In this document: positions 59,477-64,000 of the stretch, in pieces
Position numbering within the stretch: the first letter of the stretch is position 1
Layout: every line of letters starts with the position of its first letter
Assembly: GCF_029227855.1 (NCBI RefSeq)
Contig: NZ_CP074356.1
From: Escherichia coli
GTDB lineage: Bacteria > Pseudomonadota > Gammaproteobacteria > Enterobacterales > Enterobacteriaceae
Strand: one strand, 5' to 3'
DNA length: 64,000 bases
The notes under the pieces: model-generated
The model's database searches: none
What the model was told of the DNA's origin: nothing
Seen by the model: only the letters and a program-made list of their open reading frames with translations
Program-made: the position numbers and the translations under genes

Positions 59477-60268
59477 TCAGGTAGTTTCTGTCCATGGCTG
59501 CCCTTTCCATTCAAACGTGAAATCAATAAGTTCATCAGGGACATCGCAAACAATGTGAAGACGGATTTCTTCTCTGCCGTGACTCTTTTCACTCATTGCG
59601 TAACTGCCATGCTCTGGATTATTTAATTCTTTCAGCGGAAACTTTTCCTCAAAGGCTTTATTTAGCCGCCCCTGGTTTCCTTTTACAGCGAATAAATAAT
59701 CACCGCCCTGTTTTTGTATCTTCTCTGCGATATCTTTCTGGCAACCCATCGCATCAGTTGTGATAATTTTTCCTTTAATATCCAACATGTTAAGAAGTTC
59801 AGGGATAGCTGTAATTTCATTGGATTTCTCATCCGTCCTGATCTGTCCGATGACCAGACTGTGCATTGTTGAGAACGAACTAATGACATGAATCGCTCCC
59901 CTGCGGCGACTCTAGTCATAAGAGTGCCGGAGCGTTTTTCCATCAATTGCAATGACGCCTTTATCATCTGAAGAATGGCAGTCACGCATCCAGTTAATAA
60001 AGCACTCGTGAAATTTTGCAGGACTGATACAGGATACAACTCTGGCAATGGTATCGTGAACAGGAATACCATTTTCAAAATCACCATATTGCTTCAAAAA
60101 ATCGAGATGTGTTTCCCCAAAATCCTCTATATCTTCCCAGCCTTCTGCACCAGAAATAACGGCACAAATAGTCAACAGTAGAATATCCGACAATTTATGT
60201 TCCACTTTCCAGGCTTGTCTGTAATCGGGGATAATAGAAATATGTTCCATCAATTTTTTAAGTTCCAT
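59477..60268 (-). pseudogene. H-repeat-associated (ISAs1-family) transposase interrupted by an in-frame amber codon and C-terminally truncated
   Basis: N-terminal segment [32 protein letters not shown]...[10 protein letters not shown], then TAG (complement of 59912-59914), then the same frame continues [40 protein letters not shown]...FEWKG and ends early. Both track ORFs 59912-60268 and 59477-59866 are in one frame. Confidence 0.8.
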
Positions 60269-60375
60269 TTTGTTCTCCTTAATTATGTAAGGAGTATTTG
60301 ATCATGTATAAGCAATAAAAAACAGCTTCAGGTAATGAGGAATATCTCAATTTTTAAACATAAAATGCGAATTAT

Positions 60376-60993
60376 TTAGTACAAAAAGTGTACTTCTGAT
60401 GATCTTTCCCTGTCCTTGGCACCATCATTTTTTGACGCTTCAAAAATACTACTACAAGTGAGTTTAGAAAACTCTTTTCCAGATAATTCTCCAGGTTGTA
60501 ATCCTCCGCCGCCAAAAATCCTACTCCCAGGATTTCCATACCTATTTAGAGCATATGAATAGCAATTATTTACGGCAAGATAATACGCATCTGAATTTAG
60601 TTCTCGATTGAATACTGGAGCAGGTTTATCAATTAAGCCCAGCGGATCAATAGAATAGGTTGGATGTATGGAAGCATATACATACTGATTCCACCCGCCT
60701 TCCAGCCCAATCGGATCCTGAGTGATATACCGCCCCTGCAGCGGGTCATAATAGCGGTGGCGGTTGTAATACAGGCCGGACTCCTCATCATACTGCTGCC
60801 CCGGCAGACGGATAAGCTGCTGCAGGTGCTGCGGGTTCTCTTCAGTCAGCAGGTTGTCCCATTCATCATATTCTGCGCACCATTCTGTTGCCCCGTCAGG
60901 GCTGATAAGCGTCAGCGGCAGGCCGCGATAGTCGCAGTGGTAGAGGTGGATTATTCGCAGTGATCTATATGCCAACGTCATCTTATTTTTCAT
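60376..60993 (-). CDS. Orphan Rhs C-terminal fragment (core-end homology plus distinct toxin tip)
   Basis: First about 100 aa ([82 protein letters not shown]) parallel the end of the main Rhs core at 62.0-62.3 kb; the remaining about 100 aa are unrelated to the main Rhs tip. Confidence 0.75.
   Translation of the reverse strand: MKNKMTLAYRSLRIIHLYHCDYRGLPLTLISPDGATEWCAEYDEWDNLLTEENPQHLQQLIRLPGQQYDEESGLYYNRHRYYDPLQGRYITQDPIGLEGGWNQYVYASIHPTYSIDPLGLIDKPAPVFNRELNSDAYYLAVNNCYSYALNRYGNPGSRIFGGGGLQPGELSGKEFSKLTCSSIFEASKNDGAKDRERSSEVHFLY
60700..60970 (-). repeat. Rhs core 3'-end homology block (copy 1; partner at about 62020-62290)
   Basis: Nucleotide-level near-identity, e.g. gtgatataccgcccctgcagcgggtcataatagcggtggcggttgtaatacaggccggactcctcatcatactgctg at both loci. 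Confidence 0.8.
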
Positions 60994-61045
60994 CTACTCC
61001 AACGAGTAGACAAGTTTTTTATTAAACCATTTATACCTTTTACGA

Positions 61046-61549
61046 TTAAATTTTCTTATGTAATAGAGGTGAATAATCTTCCCAAAAATCCATACAAGCT
61101 TTACTTGCATAAAAGAATCCAGCGTCTGATTCATAAGACATAAACTGTGCAATAATAGATAGTTGTATATCTGAAAAATTAAAAACAAAATTCAAAAAAT
61201 CATCGTGATCCCGATACTCAGGACATAAATATTGTTGAATAAAATCGGATTCAAAAACCCAAAAATCATTCTTATTAAACAACGAGGCATAAATATACAG
61301 AGGGATGTAATAGCAGAATACTTTCTCAGGGAGGAATGTAATTCCTAACTCTAAAGCATAAGAGTCATCCTTTATTTTAAAATTGTTGGCTATTTCATTC
61401 CATTGTTTCTTTTGGAAAAAATTATATACAATATCCAGTTCCTCCAGCCCTGTAATATCATTTGAAATATGAGGTAATGGCTGGCATGGGAAATGAATCA
61501 TAAGTTCATCATAGACTGCACTCTCGTTAGAGAAAATTATTTTTTTCAT
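61046..61549 (-). CDS. Probable Rhs immunity protein (RhsI) for the main Rhs toxin tip
   Basis: 167 aa AT-rich ORF starting [12 protein letters not shown]; its ATG overlaps the Rhs stop codon (ATGA); location typical of rhsI genes. Confidence 0.65.
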   Translation of the reverse strand: MKKIIFSNESAVYDELMIHFPCQPLPHISNDITGLEELDIVYNFFQKKQWNEIANNFKIKDDSYALELGITFLPEKVFCYYIPLYIYASLFNKNDFWVFESDFIQQYLCPEYRDHDDFLNFVFNFSDIQLSIIAQFMSYESDAGFFYASKACMDFWEDYSPLLHKKI

Positions 61550-64000
61550 TTTATTAAGCCACTGCAATCAGCTGCTGTTTTATATGCTTTATTCTCTTCT
61601 TCCATATGGGCCTTATCTCCACCACCAAAGCACTGATTATTAATCTGCTTTCTGACCGAAGCGCACGCCAAATTTATCTCGTACCGTCTCAATATTTCTT
61701 TTCTCAGCATCTGAGGAGCGCAAGCTCTAGACTGGTTACATAATCTGTTTTTTTCATTTTGTAAGTCACTCAGGTTCTGGGGACTACAGTTACCACCAGG
61801 ATTTACACCTGACTTATGTTCATCTGTTAATTTGTCGGCTTCTGGATTAACTTTACGGCCATATTGATCTCTGCGTTGTTGCCCACTTTGGATAACACCA
61901 CCTGATGAAAACAAACCGCAACTCATCAGTGCTACAACACTAAGAATTAACGGATTTAACCCTTGTGGGTCTATCTCTGAGATCGGATTTAACGGATACT
62001 GATAAAAATTCCATCCCCCCTTCAGTCCAATCGGATCCTGAGTGATATACCGCCCCTTCAGCGGGTCATAATAGCGGTGGCGGTTGTAATACAGGCCGGA
62101 CTCCTCATCATACTGCTGACCCGGCAGGCGGATGAGCTGCTGCAGCTGATGCGGGTTCTCTTCATTCAGCTGGTTACCCCATTCATCGTATTCTGCGTAC
62201 CACGCTGTTGTCCCTTCCGTGCTGACAAGCGCCAGCGGCAGGCCGCGATGGTCGCAGTGGTACAGGTGGATTTTTCGCGCCGGCGTGTACACCGGGTCCA
62301 TCTGGTTTTGCATCTGCTCCACCGTCAGGCCGCACGATGCCAGCCAGCGGCGGCTTTCCTCGCTCACCCGGTCAGTAAGGATTTCACTTTCCAGCCGGTC
62401 GAGCATCTGCACCAGCACCGGCGGGAACACCACTCTGCCACCGTCTTCGCCGCCGGACTGCTGAAGGGCATCCGCCAGGCTGCGGCGCTGCGTTTTCGCC
62501 AGCTCACCGGTGGCGGTTTCAACTCTGATGAGTGGCGTGAAGCTCCCCGGCTGATAAACCGTCTGGATGCGGGTTCTGTCGTTCTGTATTGTGGTCAGCC
62601 GGTCGCCGTCCCAGCCGTACCAGGTCACTTCCGGTTTCCGTGACAGCGACATCCAGCCCGTCAGGTCCCGTTCACGCCGCCATACCCGTTTTGCCACCCT
62701 GCGGCCCAGCGGGTCGTAAAGATAGCGACTTTCGACCAGCGGCTCTGCATATTGTGTCCGCGTGTAGTGCACCAGCCGGTGCCGGCTGTCGTAATGATAC
62801 CGGTGAGTCCGCTCATCATCCGTGCGGATAACCCCTTCCGGGATGAGGTCGGTTTTCTCTGTCAGCCTGCCGTGACGGTCATACCGGTAAAGATAGTGCG
62901 CGTCACGGGCGATACGGTTATCCGGCCACATGCTGAGGGTGCTGTCCGGGTGCAGCTCCGGGTCGGGCAGGCGGTTGCCTGCCGGGTCCGTGGCATACGG
63001 GATGCGGATATCCAGGTTCGCTGCCGTGGTGTGGACGCCGGTCAGCCTGCCGGTGTCGCTGTAGCTGTAACTCCGGGTCTGGCGCGGGCTGCTGATGCGG
63101 ATGAGTTCGCCGTTGTCGTTCCAGGTGTAATCGCGGTCATACTGCAGGCTGTTCAGGTGCTGGCTCTGTAACTGCCCGGCAGGGGTGTAAGCGGTGGTGA
63201 GTTCATAACGGCCGAAGCTGCGCAGCGTTTCCCGGTGCAGGCGGTCGCGGGTGAAATCCACCAGCGGTGTGTCGCCGAGTTTCATGCCTGACAGCCAGCC
63301 GCTGCCGTAGGTCAGCCATTCCACGGCGGGCAGGCTGTCCGGTATACAGCGGTTCGCCAGTCCCTGCGCGTTGTAAGCATGTCTGGTTTCATGCTGCCAG
63401 AGCAGTGCTTCCGTCTGCGGGTGATGCACCGTCTGGCGCTCACCGGTCAGGCGGCCTTTCTCATCATACCCGTAATGCACCGTCACCCGGTGGCCTTCGC
63501 TGAGATAGCTGATTTGTGTCAGCCAGCCGCGTTCGTCGTACCGCCACTGTTCTGCGGTTTCACCATTCACCGTTCGCTGTGTGATGCGGTCTGCTTCGTC
63601 ATAGTGCCAGTGGGTGACCAGCCCCTCATCCTCGCTGCGGATAAGTTTGCCGGTCAGGTCGTGGTGATAACGCTGTGTGCGGCCGTCAAAGCCGGTTTCC
63701 TGTATCAGCCGGTCGAGTACATCGTAACGGAAGGTGGTGTGGCTGCCGTTTTCACTGGTCAGGCGGATGACCCGTCCGGCAGCATCGTATTCCATACTGC
63801 GCGTCAGACCACCCTGCGTGGTACGGATGGCCTTTCCCCACGTATCGTACTGTGTCCCGTTTCTGCTGCCGTCCGGGGCAATGACGGCGGTCAGGTCACC
63901 GGCGGCGTTGTATTCATACCGCGTTTCATGGCCCTGCATGTCTTTCACCGCAATTAACTGTCCACGGCTGTCGTATGCGCGGTACTGACTCAGGCCTTCC
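61546..64000 (-). CDS. rhsC: Rhs protein, C-terminal part (YD-repeat core plus polymorphic toxin tip); 5' end beyond the window
   Basis: YD-repeat-rich translation (…RYDAAGRV…[10 protein letters not shown]…), core-terminating DPxGL motif, then a distinct C-terminal domain of about 140 aa; symbol by synteny with ybgA-phrB only. Confidence 0.8.
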   Translation of the reverse strand, partial: EGLSQYRAYDSRGQLIAVKDMQGHETRYEYNAAGDLTAVIAPDGSRNGTQYDTWGKAIRTTQGGLTRSMEYDAAGRVIRLTSENGSHTTFRYDVLDRLIQETGFDGRTQRYHHDLTGKLIRSEDEGLVTHWHYDEADRITQRTVNGETAEQWRYDERGWLTQISYLSEGHRVTVHYGYDEKGRLTGERQTVHHPQTEALLWQHETRHAYNAQGLANRCIPDSLPAVEWLTYGSGWLSGMKLGDTPLVDFTRDRLHRETLRSFGRYELTTAYTPAGQLQSQHLNSLQYDRDYTWNDNGELIRISSPRQTRSYSYSDTGRLTGVHTTAANLDIRIPYATDPAGNRLPDPELHPDSTLSMWPDNRIARDAHYLYRYDRHGRLTEKTDLIPEGVIRTDDERTHRYHYDSRHRLVHYTRTQYAEPLVESRYLYDPLGRRVAKRVWRRERDLTGWMSLSRKPEVTWYGWDGDRLTTIQNDRTRIQTVYQPGSFTPLIRVETATGELAKTQRRSLADALQQSGGEDGGRVVFPPVLVQMLDRLESEILTDRVSEESRRWLASCGLTVEQMQNQMDPVYTPARKIHLYHCDHRGLPLALVSTEGTTAWYAEYDEWGNQLNEENPHQLQQLIRLPGQQYDEESGLYYNRHRYYDPLKGRYITQDPIGLKGGWNFYQYPLNPISEIDPQGLNPLILSVVALMSCGLFSSGGVIQSGQQRRDQYGRKVNPEADKLTDEHKSGVNPGGNCSPQNLSDLQNEKNRLCNQSRACAPQMLRKEILRRYEINLACASVRKQINNQCFGGGDKAHMEEENKAYKTAADCSGLIK

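Noticed and set aside
60994-61188. 64 aa minus-strand ORF between the immunity gene and the orphan Rhs fragment
   Set aside because: Overlaps the 3' end of the immunity ORF in another frame; AT-rich low-complexity, no support.

Overview
This window is an Escherichia coli-type chromosomal segment, colinear with (and inverted relative to) the K-12 map from pnuC-nadA to the RhsC element. The core content is pnuC-nadA, the seven-gene lysT/valT tRNA cluster, cpoB-pal-tolB-tolA-tolR-tolQ-ybgC, ybgE-cydX-cydB-cydA, mngB-mngA/mngR, sucDCBA-sdhBADC, gltA, the cryptic ybgD-ybgQ-ybgP-ybgO fimbrial operon, abrB, nei, pxpACB, ybgI, dtpD, phrB-ybgA, and an Rhs region. The main accessory feature is a roughly 15 kb insertion (about 12.95-28.06 kb) between the cydA regulatory region and the 3' end of mngB; from memory K-12 has only an intergenic region there. 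The insertion carries a coenzyme-B12-dependent methylaspartate pathway for glutamate catabolism (glutamate mutase S/L/E, methylaspartate ammonia-lyase, a class I fumarase-like mesaconase, a cobalamin adenosyltransferase paralog, a glutamate/dicarboxylate symporter). It also holds the least explained genes: two AT-rich ORFs with no recognisable family, a translationally coupled pair of unknown-function genes inside the operon, and a LysR regulator divergent from a stand-alone RtcB-family RNA ligase paralog. Other points are a frameshift in an A8 tract in the fimbrial chaperone ybgP, an ISAs1/H-repeat transposase with an in-frame amber codon, and an orphan Rhs C-terminal toxin module with no adjacent immunity gene. 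All calls rest on reading the sequence and ORF translations; no database search or computation was run, and K-12 comparisons are from memory.
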